Of a DNA stretch of 55,820 bases, positions 29,886-39,719 are shown in pieces. The position numbers and the translations under genes were made by a program. Location of the stretch: NCBI GenBank assembly GCA_038893995.1, contig JAWAQK010000010.1, forward strand, positions 1 to 55,820, given 5' to 3'. Source of the DNA: Candidatus Thorarchaeota archaeon (GTDB lineage: Archaea; Asgardarchaeota; Thorarchaeia; Thorarchaeales; Thorarchaeaceae). Under the pieces are notes generated by a model, which worked only from the letters and a program-made list of their open reading frames with translations, was not told the origin of the DNA and searched no databases. Each line of letters begins with the position of its first letter. Positions within the stretch are counted from its first letter, which is position 1.

Positions 29886-31361
29886 CTACCTCCTCTTCGA
29901 GGCTCGGCTCACCCCTTGAACTGTACCTGCAAGATTGACTGGACTCTCCCAGGGTCGCATCCCGTCTCTGATAGCTGTGTCCGGCGCCTCGGGGAGCCGC
30001 CCCGTCTTCAGGCCTCTGTCACGTGCCTCCTCGAGACTGATGAAGTCGGTCTTTCGGATTATCCGCACTGCCTGTATCATGACCGCCACTAGCCCGGCAT
30101 AGAACAGGGCCGGCACAATGACAATTGCCGCCGCCAGCATCAGGGCGAACACGATGACAGGGATCGCTATTATCGCAAGTATGACAATCAGCAGGAAGGC
30201 GCCCGCATTGTTGTTCCTCCCGCCCGCCCTCGCCATCTCACCGGCCACACGAATTGCGAACTGGAGGACGTACTTCATGGCGTGAGAGTACATGCCAAGG
30301 AACTTCTTGTACATGGCACCGAATCTTGAGAATCGACTCCCCGCCTTGCTGAACAACGAGTCAATCGGGATGACGAGAGAAGTCGTTGTAACGGCTGGTC
30401 TGTATCTACCCTCGAAGCAGCGTTCACATAGGAAGATGGTCGAGCCGCGCCAACGGCTATCTATGGGAGGCGCCTGTGCAGTGAGACATCTCCTACAGAA
30501 GGGTTCTCCACATACGGCACACGTGGTAGCCGCGAGATACTCCGGATGATTCTTGCAGGGTACGAATACTCCACCGAGCCCCAGAGTGACACCGCAGTAG
30601 TTGCACTTGACAGTGTTGTCCCTGCTCGCTTCTGTGACAGGAGTTGCACCTCCACAGTTTGAGCACAGGATCGCCATTCCCTCTCTGGTCTCTAGCCTGC
30701 GGACGTCCAGGATTCTCTCCTGCTGCTCCGGAGTGAGTGGAGTGACACCATCCGGGGCCAGAAGTCTTGGATCCAGTGGAGATGGAAGAAGGCCCCTCTC
30801 GATCAGTCGGGCCCTTCTGCGGTCGCGCTCAATCTTGACTCCTGGCGGCGGAACGATGCTCTTCCACCTTGCCAGGATGTACAAGACAGTGCACAACTCT
30901 ATGATGGTGATGAATGTAGCAAGGTACCCTATGTTCACATTTGCGGTCGTATCGAAGAACGGGACCGTCCAGGAGTACCCGATCCCATTCTGCTCGACGA
31001 ACAGCGTACACAGAATGGTAGCAGCAATGCTGTATATCAGCTGCGCGACTACGGCCGACTTCCGGAGGTCGTCGACATAATTGCCGATTACAAGACAGGG
31101 GACAGTGACGCCTAAGATGATAGCAAGGACATAGAGAAGACCGTTCTCTGCCAACTGGGGCACCCCGACGCGCCATGCGTAGGCAATCCCTGCAGCAGCA
31201 AGAATACTGACCGCCCCAAACATCATGTGAAGAACGCCGATGAACCGGATCCCTGCCGGCCGGTCAAAGATCGTATCCATTTGTCTTGTACCCAAGACTC
31301 TCAGCTCCCGACGATGAATGAGCATCTGCCCATCAGGTTGGCTAGTCAGCCCACCTGGCAA
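29886..31361 (-). CDS. membrane protein with central Zn ribbon and B-box-like Zn finger
   Basis: Four N-terminal TM segments (RPAGIRFIGVL...), CSNC...CNYC, CKNHP-x6-CAVC-x4-CRRC...CERC, then a long C-terminal hydrophobic hairpin. Start may be ATG 31280. Confidence 0.78.
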   Translation of the reverse strand: MPGGLTSQPDGQMLIHRRELRVLGTRQMDTIFDRPAGIRFIGVLHMMFGAVSILAAAGIAYAWRVGVPQLAENGLLYVLAIILGVTVPCLVIGNYVDDLRKSAVVAQLIYSIAATILCTLFVEQNGIGYSWTVPFFDTTANVNIGYLATFITIIELCTVLYILARWKSIVPPPGVKIERDRRRARLIERGLLPSPLDPRLLAPDGVTPLTPEQQERILDVRRLETREGMAILCSNCGGATPVTEASRDNTVKCNYCGVTLGLGGVFVPCKNHPEYLAATTCAVCGEPFCRRCLTAQAPPIDSRWRGSTIFLCERCFEGRYRPAVTTTSLVIPIDSLFSKAGSRFSRFGAMYKKFLGMYSHAMKYVLQFAIRVAGEMARAGGRNNNAGAFLLIVILAIIAIPVIVFALMLAAAIVIVPALFYAGLVAVMIQAVRIIRKTDFISLEEARDRGLKTGRLPEAPDTAIRDGMRPWESPVNLAGTVQGVSRASKRR

Positions 31362-31447
31362 CCCTTGCTGGACGGTTCTCGATTCAGACCAATCCCTTTA
31401 AAACATATGTACGGTCATTCCACTGCTGTATTGGAGAATGGTGCAGG

Positions 31448-32095
31448 ATGTCCCGGGGCTCGAACAGACGGGGCATAAAGGACTCTGTCAACAGACTGAA
31501 AGAGGAAATCGAACTGTCGGGCAGTGCCGAGATAGCGCGTCGCTACTTTGCCATGAACTCGTTCGATGGTGCAATGACCATGCTCGGGCTGCTCCTTGGA
31601 GGTCTTCTCAGCATCGGATCGACCGAACCAGAAATGACCTATCAGGCCATACTCTTCGCAGCTCTTGGTACTATCGTGGCCATGGCAATGTCAGGGTTCT
31701 CGGGGTCGTACTTGACCGAGGTTGCTGAGAGGAAGAAAGACCTGAACGAGATCGAGCACTCGATGCTCGCAGACCTTTCGGAGTCAATGCATGCGAGGGC
31801 ACACAGGTCTGCCTCGCTATTCGTTGCAACAGTTGACGGGATCTCTCCAGCAATCACAGCCACGTTCATACTCATACCCATGGCTTTAGTCCCGCTCCAA
31901 TTGGTGGATATCTGGGAAGCGTTCACGATGTCTATCCTCTTCTCCATGTTGGCACTCTTCGCCCTCGGTCTGTTTCTGGGCAAGGTGTCAGGCACCAGCG
32001 TCGTCCGGTCCGGCCTGAAGACATTCGGAGCAGGACTCGCCACTGCTGTTGTGATTGTGGCCATCCACCTCGTGACAGGAGCCATGCCGGGCTGA
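31448..32095 (+). CDS. VIT1/CCC1 family metal transporter
   Basis: RRYFAMNSFDGAMTMLG, AMAMSGFSGSYLTE, LFALGLFLGKVS. Confidence 0.85.
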   Translation: MSRGSNRRGIKDSVNRLKEEIELSGSAEIARRYFAMNSFDGAMTMLGLLLGGLLSIGSTEPEMTYQAILFAALGTIVAMAMSGFSGSYLTEVAERKKDLNEIEHSMLADLSESMHARAHRSASLFVATVDGISPAITATFILIPMALVPLQLVDIWEAFTMSILFSMLALFALGLFLGKVSGTSVVRSGLKTFGAGLATAVVIVAIHLVTGAMPG

Positions 32096-32142
32096 CAAGA
32101 CGTTTATGTGTCCCTTTCAGTAATCTTCGCACGGGACACAAG

Positions 32143-33129
32143 ATGTTCGACGTCCTACCGCGGGAGAGGTTCACTCATCTTCCAACGCCCCTTCATCGAA
32201 TGGACAACCTGGCACGCTCATTGGGCCTGAGAGAGCTCTGGGTCAAACGCGATGACATGACTGGCATGGGCTGTGGTGGCAACAAGAGCAGGAAGCTCGA
32301 GTACATTGTGGGTGATGCCAGAGAGAGAGGCGCAGATACCCTTGTGACTGTTGGCACTGTTCAGAGCAACCATTGCAGACAGACCGCAGCTGCCGCGGCT
32401 CTTGCAGGCATGAGGTGTGTCCTGTTGTTGTCTGGTGAGGCGCCCGAGAACCCGACCGGAAACATACTTCTCGACCGTCTCTACGGAGCAGAGATCGTGT
32501 ATTGCCCCCGTTCAGACATGGGCGAACTGCAGGAGAGGATGAACAATGCGTGCACGACCCTGGGGGAACTTGGCCTCAGGCCATATGCCATCCCGGCAGG
32601 GGCATCGGTACCACTCGGGGTACTCGCCTACGTGGAGGCGGCGGCCGAGTTGAAGGAACAGTCAGATAACAGGGGCTTCACGCCAGACGTGATCGTTGTG
32701 GCAGCAGGAACAGGAGGGACTCTTGCAGGCATCGCACTGGGAGCAGAACTGGTCGGACTCGAGACGCAGGTAGTCGGCATATCGGTGCAGGACGAGCGGA
32801 GCGTACTCGAGAATCGAGTCAGAGAACTCATCCACAGGACCCAGAGGGAGTATCCCGACCTTGTTGGGGCAGTCGAGCCCTCGTTTGCAGTTGATGACCA
32901 GTTTCTAGAGGAGGGCTATGGCGTGGTCACTGAGAGTGTAAAGAGCATGATACACATGTTCGCCAGGACGGAGGGACTTCTGATAGACCCTGTATACACC
33001 GGTAAGGCGGCACTGGGCCTCAGCAGAATGGCTCTCTCTGGGGAGACGCCTACAGACGCCCATGTCGTGTTCTGGCACACCGGTGGGGAGCCTGCACTCC
33101 ATGCCTACGCAGGGGAGCTACTGGGTTGA
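32143..33129 (+). CDS. D-cysteine desulfhydrase / ACC deaminase family PLP enzyme
   Basis: LPTPL, WVKRDD, GGNKSRKLEY, QSNHCR, GTGGT, DPVYTGKA, FWHTGG. Confidence 0.92.
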   Translation: MFDVLPRERFTHLPTPLHRMDNLARSLGLRELWVKRDDMTGMGCGGNKSRKLEYIVGDARERGADTLVTVGTVQSNHCRQTAAAAALAGMRCVLLLSGEAPENPTGNILLDRLYGAEIVYCPRSDMGELQERMNNACTTLGELGLRPYAIPAGASVPLGVLAYVEAAAELKEQSDNRGFTPDVIVVAAGTGGTLAGIALGAELVGLETQVVGISVQDERSVLENRVRELIHRTQREYPDLVGAVEPSFAVDDQFLEEGYGVVTESVKSMIHMFARTEGLLIDPVYTGKAALGLSRMALSGETPTDAHVVFWHTGGEPALHAYAGELLG

Positions 33130-33233
33130 TAAGGCCAGTTGGTACCTCGCTATCACTGGGCACCATGTGAGACCAGTGCCGCGAAGAAGCAAACGTATTT
33201 TATCCAGACTACATAGAATCCAGACGGCGAGGG

Positions 33234-33797
33234 ATGAGCTGGGTGAGCTCTGAGTATCAGACGTTTCGATTCGTAGTCGCCGGAGACTTGGAGGCTGGAT
33301 TTGTTCTTTGCACCAGGTTTGTTGGAGCTGAGCTAGCAGGCCCTGAGGCCGTGAGAGAACTACTCTCCAGAAGATGGCCGATGGATGAGTGGAGCCGACT
33401 GGTCACAGTGATGGAGGGAGGGAGAGTCACCACTGTGAAGGCTGATGTTGAGCTGCATGGTCCATGGGTATGGGACCTCTATAGCGTAATGGATCCTCAT
33501 GACTACTTCAGACGCTTCGACGGAGCGGCACTCTGTGTCAGCACAGACAGGCCCGAGTCATTCTCTGAGGCGGTAGTATTCTTCGAGGCCTTCGAACAGC
33601 ACACTGAGCAGGGCACCCCGTCGGTGCTCGCCGTGGCTAGTCAACAGGCATTGACGGGGAGCGTGATGGCCGAGATAGAGAAGTTGAGCAAGCAGTATGG
33701 TCTGCAGATGATACAGGTAGACCTGAACTCCGGTAAGAATGTGCAGTCGGTGTTCAGAACACTGGCTGAAGGCGCGATCCGACGGAGCACGTCCTAG
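33234..33797 (+). CDS. Rab/Ras-like small GTPase-fold protein with degenerate G-boxes
   Basis: FRFVVAGD..., WVWD, YFRRFDGAALCV, ESFSE, PSVLAV and SGKNVQSVFRTLA mirror the Rab layout. GKS/T, DxxG, NKxD and SAK are absent. Confidence 0.65.
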   Translation: MSWVSSEYQTFRFVVAGDLEAGFVLCTRFVGAELAGPEAVRELLSRRWPMDEWSRLVTVMEGGRVTTVKADVELHGPWVWDLYSVMDPHDYFRRFDGAALCVSTDRPESFSEAVVFFEAFEQHTEQGTPSVLAVASQQALTGSVMAEIEKLSKQYGLQMIQVDLNSGKNVQSVFRTLAEGAIRRSTS

Positions 33798-34093
33798 GCC
33801 ATGTTCTGCTGACAATGAGAGAGACCTTATTGCGCCAAGGCATGTTCAGGTGCTCCTGTGCTATACGGACGCCAGTTTGGGATCACAAGTACTACGACCT
33901 GTGAGACACGGCATCGGACCAAGAGGTCCCATCAGCCAGGCGGTGTGATGATCCAGAGGAACCGAACATGGCTGAAGACATATAGTCATACCTCCTGACT
34001 GAGAGATTCATTCACAGTTCAGGGGGAGAGAAGACTCATCCCGAGCTTAATAAGATGTCACACCGTCGAGTGGCACTTGAGGACTGACCAAGA

Positions 34094-35017
34094 TTGAATG
34101 ACCTGGATGACGAGCGGGCAGAGTTCGAGCGCTGCTTTAGAGAACGTCAGCAGGTGGCCATGGCAGAGCGGGTTGAGATGGTACTGAAGGACCAATATCG
34201 AGAGGCCTTTGAGATTCTCACAGACGCCGAGAATGCCCGTCTCATACCAGCCATTGTGGGCCCACCCGGGATCGGAAAGACGTTATTGCTCAGGGCATAT
34301 GCCCAGAGGAGCGGGAGACCGTTCTGGTGGATGACCGGCGATGAGGGAGTACGCCCTTCCCATCTGGTGGGCTCGTTCAATCCTGCGGTCGTACTTAGCA
34401 AGGGTTTCACACTCGAATCATTCGAGCCAGGTCCACTCTTGAAAGCCATGATACTCGGCGGTGTCTTCGGCCTGAACGAGGCCAATCGTCTGTCCGAGTA
34501 CGTCCAGAATACACTCCTCGAGCCCCTTGAGGAATGGAGCCTTCTCATCCCCAGGTTGGGAAGAATCGTTGCGAAGGAGACCTTCTTCCCAGTCCTCACA
34601 ATGAACCCCGAGGAGATGAGCGGAACACATAGACTCAGTGAGGCGCTTCGGGACCGCATCAGGGTCTGGATCAGACTGAACTACCCGAGAAAGGAGACCG
34701 AGATTGAGATCATACGCGCGAACTGCTCGGAGTACCAGCTATCAGACGAGGCCCTCAACGAGATCTACGCACTGGTCTCCGCTACGAGAAGCAACAATGA
34801 CATCGAAACACCTGCATCCATTCGAGCTGGAGTATCTATAGCCAGACTGTCGGCCCAGATGGCAAGGAGGAGGGGTGATAACTATGTGGATCGAGAGATC
34901 ATCGCAGAGGCCGCTAGTCGGGTCCTGAGCGGTGCACTCAGATTCAGGCCTGGGATCGATCCCTCAAGGGGGGTCGAGAACATAATACGACAGGTGTTGA
35001 CACTTGGAAGAAAGTAG
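34094..35017 (+). CDS. MoxR-family AAA+ ATPase
   Basis: Walker A GPPGIGKT, Walker B variant GLNEANR, QNTLL, TMNP, LSEALRDR. Confidence 0.9.
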   Translation: MNDLDDERAEFERCFRERQQVAMAERVEMVLKDQYREAFEILTDAENARLIPAIVGPPGIGKTLLLRAYAQRSGRPFWWMTGDEGVRPSHLVGSFNPAVVLSKGFTLESFEPGPLLKAMILGGVFGLNEANRLSEYVQNTLLEPLEEWSLLIPRLGRIVAKETFFPVLTMNPEEMSGTHRLSEALRDRIRVWIRLNYPRKETEIEIIRANCSEYQLSDEALNEIYALVSATRSNNDIETPASIRAGVSIARLSAQMARRRGDNYVDREIIAEAASRVLSGALRFRPGIDPSRGVENIIRQVLTLGRK

Positions 35018-37580
35018 GGATCCTCAGGGCCCCATCGGTGGGACTACAGCCATCTCACCCCTGCCGGGGAGAGTACCTGAGTTTGCAGCAGAGTTCGTAT
35101 ATCGAATGAGACTGAGGGAGGTCACTACCCCTACTGGGACTCGGCAAGCAATGGCAATCGCCGGACTGCTCACTGGTCGATTCTTTAGAAGAGGGAGTCT
35201 TACCCTCCAGGACTTTGTGGACGTGGCTGTGATGACGACCAGGCCTGAGGACCAGCAGCTCGCCAGGGAGACCGCGGAAGAGATTGTTTTCGGACACCCA
35301 CCGCTCCGCGGGGCGCAGGAACACATAGATGACACCAAACACGATGTGTTCAGCGAGACTGACGACCACCTGGTTCAGCTGATTGAGCAGATAAGACGAG
35401 AGATAGAACTCTCCCGTCGTATCCACCGCGACAGAGTCGAGACGGGCTATCACTATCTGAATGAACTGGAATCTCGGGTCGATGCAACAGAGCTGCGGAG
35501 AGCAGTCTTCGAATCAAGGAATGGAACCCCGTATCTGACGCCTGGAGAGGTGATTCTGAGAGGGATATCCACTGACGACGAACTCAGAGAGGCAGCGGGA
35601 GAAGAGCTGATGAGCAGGATCGGGAGTCTCACATCGCAGGACATAGCCAACAGTCGGATACTGCATATGCTGGATCGATTGTGTGAGTCGGCCGATGCTG
35701 CTGAGAGGTTGGCCGCGAAAGCATACCGGGGTGACGCAGACATCTACGAGGAGTTTGAGTTGCTGGCCAGGTCCCAATTTGCCACTGCCCTCAGGGCGCT
35801 GTCGCTGATGACTGAGCTGGGACGCCCGGACGCGGAAGTGCTCGAGAGAATGGATGCCACGCTTCAGGACTCCATCCAACGTCTAGACGATGCCGTGCGC
35901 TATGCTGAGACCCGTGGGAGAGCGCCGAGGAATATTCGGGAACTGCTCAGGACTGTACCTCAGCAGTACCGTCTCACAGATGCCATGGAGCTTGCGCGGT
36001 CGTTGACTCGTAGAGGAGCGGAGGATCTTGAGGAGTCCGTCCTGGCGGAGTATGACAGCCAGTTCGATGAGAGAACATCGTCGAGAGTCGATCTTGAACA
36101 GCTGGCTGAGACTACCGGTGACTCGGCCAGTTGGAAGAGAATCCTCGAGAAGAAGGTCAGCAGTCTCATCAGCGAGGCCACGGCAAGGTCCGACCCCGTG
36201 GAGTTCTTGCTCAACCAGATGCGTCAGATCCTTGGTGCTGACCCGAAATTCCAGGAGGTGTCAGCTCATCCTGCGTGGCAAGAGGCCATCAGACAATTCT
36301 CCGAGGCTGCTGTGAGTCGGACATTGTCAGCAGAACAGCTCCGGCGTGTCGCGAACGATATGATCAGCATGGGAGTTACTCCTCCGGCCGGCATCATCCA
36401 GGAGGCAGGCAGAAGGCTTGGGCTGTCAACTGAGGAGATAGAGGAGATACTCCAGCCCGACCTAGAGATTGTGAGAGCACTCATAGAGAAGGGAGTGCAC
36501 GACATCGAGCGTCTGTATTCAGTGATGGTGTCCGCAAGAGTGGACCATGGTCAGCTTCGAGGACTTGCGGACCTTGCAGTCGCCCACGCTAACCGAGAGG
36601 CGCTGGGTGCGATAGCTCGGATTGACCTTCATGCTGCACTTGGCACTCCATCATTGAGGGACTACGGGCCCATCGGCCGTTGGATGTCTGCCAGGGATGC
36701 CCAGACAGACCCGGACAGGATTGAGATGGTAGTAGGCGGGCTGCTTGCAGGTCCAGCCAGCGACGTCGTGACTATGTGGTACAGATACCGCGATGAGATC
36801 CCATCTGAAGTCAGGAGGATGTTAAAGGATGTGTCACAGAGGATCCTGGTTGAACTTGGGAGCAGACTCGCTCGTGCAACCATGGGATCTTCGATGCTTG
36901 GTGGGCTACTGGAGAGCCCCACAGTCAGACCGTACAGGCTGGGTGACGAAGAGGAACTCATCAGCATTGAGGACACACTTGAGAACATCCTGTCTCAAGG
37001 ACGTACGTCAATCGAATACCTGGACCTCGATGACATTCTGGTGATAGAGGACTACCGTGGCCAGCGCGCATTCTACTGGGCACTTGACAAGTCGCGCTCA
37101 ATGGACTCTGCAGAGAAGCTCGGGATGCTATCGATCGCTGTGATGGCCGGGATATCCGCAGTCCAGAAGGATGACTTTGGTGTGCTCCTGTTCGACAGCG
37201 AGACTAGGGTCATGAAGCGCATCACCGACCATCTTGTGCCTGCAGACAAGATCGCCCTCGGACTTCTTGAGGTCAGAGCGGGAGGAGGCACCGGAGGTCG
37301 GGAGGCCATGAGACTGGCCCTGCATGACCTGAGGTTGAGCGGAGCCAGGGACAAGTTCTTCATATTCAGCAGTGACATGTACCTGAGCGACCTCCCCCAG
37401 TGCATTGAGTTGGCAAGACAGATGGCGGAGATGAACATCCGGGTGAGACTCGTCGTGCCATCAGGCTCCTACGACCGCCAAGCCGCTGAACAACTCGCAA
37501 GGGCCTCACGGGGAGTCATTGTGGACATAGGCTCGTTAGAGGAGCTGCCAGTCAGGCTTCTCAGACTCACAGACTACTGA
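35004..37580 (+). CDS. large VWA-domain protein (MoxR partner)
   Basis: C-terminal MIDAS LDKSRSM, GGGTG, FIFSSD, and a CoxE-like VRPYRLGD...TLEN segment. Overlaps the MoxR stop. Confidence 0.85.
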   Translation: MEESRDPQGPIGGTTAISPLPGRVPEFAAEFVYRMRLREVTTPTGTRQAMAIAGLLTGRFFRRGSLTLQDFVDVAVMTTRPEDQQLARETAEEIVFGHPPLRGAQEHIDDTKHDVFSETDDHLVQLIEQIRREIELSRRIHRDRVETGYHYLNELESRVDATELRRAVFESRNGTPYLTPGEVILRGISTDDELREAAGEELMSRIGSLTSQDIANSRILHMLDRLCESADAAERLAAKAYRGDADIYEEFELLARSQFATALRALSLMTELGRPDAEVLERMDATLQDSIQRLDDAVRYAETRGRAPRNIRELLRTVPQQYRLTDAMELARSLTRRGAEDLEESVLAEYDSQFDERTSSRVDLEQLAETTGDSASWKRILEKKVSSLISEATARSDPVEFLLNQMRQILGADPKFQEVSAHPAWQEAIRQFSEAAVSRTLSAEQLRRVANDMISMGVTPPAGIIQEAGRRLGLSTEEIEEILQPDLEIVRALIEKGVHDIERLYSVMVSARVDHGQLRGLADLAVAHANREALGAIARIDLHAALGTPSLRDYGPIGRWMSARDAQTDPDRIEMVVGGLLAGPASDVVTMWYRYRDEIPSEVRRMLKDVSQRILVELGSRLARATMGSSMLGGLLESPTVRPYRLGDEEELISIEDTLENILSQGRTSIEYLDLDDILVIEDYRGQRAFYWALDKSRSMDSAEKLGMLSIAVMAGISAVQKDDFGVLLFDSETRVMKRITDHLVPADKIALGLLEVRAGGGTGGREAMRLALHDLRLSGARDKFFIFSSDMYLSDLPQCIELARQMAEMNIRVRLVVPSGSYDRQAAEQLARASRGVIVDIGSLEELPVRLLRLTDY

Positions 37581-38329
37581 TCCTCCACTCTACGAATCAG
37601 GAACCCGGGGATGAAACCTCTGTCTGCTCGACTGAGCGACTTCTCGATTACCTCGCACACCCAGAATCTGTACGCACACTTGTAGTCTTCATTGCCTGAT
37701 GCAAAACGAGCTGAGAAGAGGAGCCTCAGTGCCCTCATGAATCGGTAGTAGGGGGCACCGGGCTCGACGACCTCAGCAACACAGTTCAGCTGGTAGCTCA
37801 TGAGTCCGCCCTCGCCTCTTGGTCGCCAGAGTACTGACAGCACGACCCGCGGTTCTGAAAGGATGTTGTTGTAGGTCATGTCTCCGAAGAGCTCTATCGC
37901 ACCCAGCGCTGTCAGGTCAAGTCTGGAGTTGTCCAGGTAGATGCGGCGATACAAATCTATCCTCTCATCGATGGTGCTCTCGAAGGGTCGTCCCTGTAGG
38001 GACAATAGCTCACCCTCAAGCTCATCTACTACTTCGTCGATAGCCTCATCCACGAGCGTCAGTCGTACGACCTTCTGTGCCACGTTTATCGGAAAGACAT
38101 TGTACGGATTCCAGGTGCAGACGGCCGCTTTGGTCAGCGTGGTCTGATAGATCGTTCTGATCTTGTCCTCTGGACTCTCAGGCCCGTCGAGCATGGTCAA
38201 CATGGAGTCGACATAATTGGTCGGAAGAGTCTGTATCGGGAAGCTCGTTCTGAATCCGGCGCTTTTCAGCTCAATTGTTCTGCGTTCTCTGTCCACGAAC
38301 AAGCTTATCCCTGAGGTCTTCTGCGTCAC
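37574..38329 (-). CDS. probable FMN-binding split-barrel (PNPOx-like) protein
   Basis: AAVCTW...PINVA, TYNNILSEPRVVL and SYQLNC resemble the PNPOx-like pattern. Confidence 0.5.
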   Translation of the reverse strand: MTQKTSGISLFVDRERRTIELKSAGFRTSFPIQTLPTNYVDSMLTMLDGPESPEDKIRTIYQTTLTKAAVCTWNPYNVFPINVAQKVVRLTLVDEAIDEVVDELEGELLSLQGRPFESTIDERIDLYRRIYLDNSRLDLTALGAIELFGDMTYNNILSEPRVVLSVLWRPRGEGGLMSYQLNCVAEVVEPGAPYYRFMRALRLLFSARFASGNEDYKCAYRFWVCEVIEKSLSRADRGFIPGFLIRRVEDQ

Positions 38330-38441
38330 AGGACCACCAGCATACGGGATACGCTGACCCCTTATATGAGTCTGGTGTCGTCGATTCTACCCGGAAAACG
38401 GATAAAAGCCACAGTCCGGTGAGGAGCGCTGAGCTGATCCG

Positions 38442-38720
38442 ATGTATGAAGTATTCGAGGTGGACGAGGCCGCCCGACTCTCTCCTGCCGAAGCCTGTCG
38501 TACCTCAACCGATTCGACCAAGGTCTTGATATACGTGGACCACGACAGCAAGACAATCTTCCTGTGGCGCGGAGAGAGGGCACCTCTCGCAACGAAGCTC
38601 ATGGGGACTAGAGTTGCGTCAACACTCAGCCACAAGTACCCCTCATACAGAATACGACCTATCTCCGAGGGCAAGGAGCCGGCGGCGTTCAAAGACCTGC
38701 TCGGAATCAAGCGTATATGA
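38442..38720 (+). CDS. single-domain gelsolin-like protein
   Basis: VLIYVD...IFLWRGERA...A..L...ISEGKEPAAFKDLLG matches the gelsolin repeat (hhhWxG and EGxEPxxF). Confidence 0.85.
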   Translation: MYEVFEVDEAARLSPAEACRTSTDSTKVLIYVDHDSKTIFLWRGERAPLATKLMGTRVASTLSHKYPSYRIRPISEGKEPAAFKDLLGIKRI

Positions 38721-38797
38721 TGCTAATCGTATGACTATGTCGGTATTGAGGGACCTGCAGTCTCGTTTTACAGTGCAGCAGTCTGATGCACGGTTTA

Positions 38798-39358
38798 TCA
38801 CATGAACGGAGTCCCGAGCCAACGGCGAACGAGGCTTCCTATAGTCATACTGACCAGCACATACCACGAGAAGTAGTACAGCCCGAAACCTCCTCTGACT
38901 CCGACCGTGGTTCCCAGCCATCCCTCTGCGAAAGGCAGTAGCTTCGACACGTTGAATGGCAATACGATCACTGGCGTACTGCCGTATAGTGCTCCGAACA
39001 GTGTGAACAGAGCGATAAGGGGAACGAGTAACAGGCACGTGGGCTTCATCCTGGCTGATGTCATCCTACTCTGAATCAACAAGATCCGCTGCTGATTGTC
39101 AATGATCTCTTGAAGTAAGACAGGGTCTGCCGTGCGCCGGGCCTGTTTCAGCTTCTCCCTCCAGACCTTGGTCTCGTCCATGTCCATCTTCATCTGATCA
39201 AGATCGACCATCTTGCTCGTGACATAGGTCGAGATTAGAACCACTAGTATGCTGACCAAGGCTATGAAGAGACCTGAAAATGGTGCTACTGTGATGAGTC
39301 CTATCAATTCATTCAGAGGGTCGGTCAACGAGGATTGCTCACCTGCAATGGTCTGCAC
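38798..39358 (-). CDS. DUF106 / EMC3-TMCO1-Get1 (Oxa1 superfamily) membrane protein
   Basis: TM1, then a cytoplasmic coiled coil (VDLDQMKMDM...KLKQARR), MKP-TM2, LPF, and WYVLVS in TM3. Confidence 0.85.
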   Translation of the reverse strand: MQTIAGEQSSLTDPLNELIGLITVAPFSGLFIALVSILVVLISTYVTSKMVDLDQMKMDMDETKVWREKLKQARRTADPVLLQEIIDNQQRILLIQSRMTSARMKPTCLLLVPLIALFTLFGALYGSTPVIVLPFNVSKLLPFAEGWLGTTVGVRGGFGLYYFSWYVLVSMTIGSLVRRWLGTPFM

Positions 39359-39719
39359 GTGAAACTGGCTTTAAGCCTATTCGGCAATGCGAGGTCATCG
39401 GATGGGCTAGTGCGCACCAGTCTGTCTGAGCACAGAGCCTCAGGATACACGGCCATGATCAAGTTGCGTTCGACACGAGCAGAGCTCGTCTGTACGTGTC
39501 ACGCGTATTATGGGTAGACTTGAACGGGCCGCCTCCAACGCATAGAGTAAACATTCAGGTCCGCCGCGGAAACTCATGCTCAAAAGAGTAAACGTCCACA
39601 TTTCGCGCCAATCACAGATTGTCCCCAGGACTTCTAGACCGGCAGAGAAGGCTCCGTTAGGGCAATTCTGCGTTTACCCTCGCTGATGCACTGGTTTTAT
39701 ATCCAGGAGATAGTGTACC

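Noticed and set aside
38390-38425. GGATAAAAGCC resembling the 3' part of ykkC-type riboswitches
   Set aside because: The 5' conserved elements are absent. It is better explained as the TATA region of the gelsolin gene.
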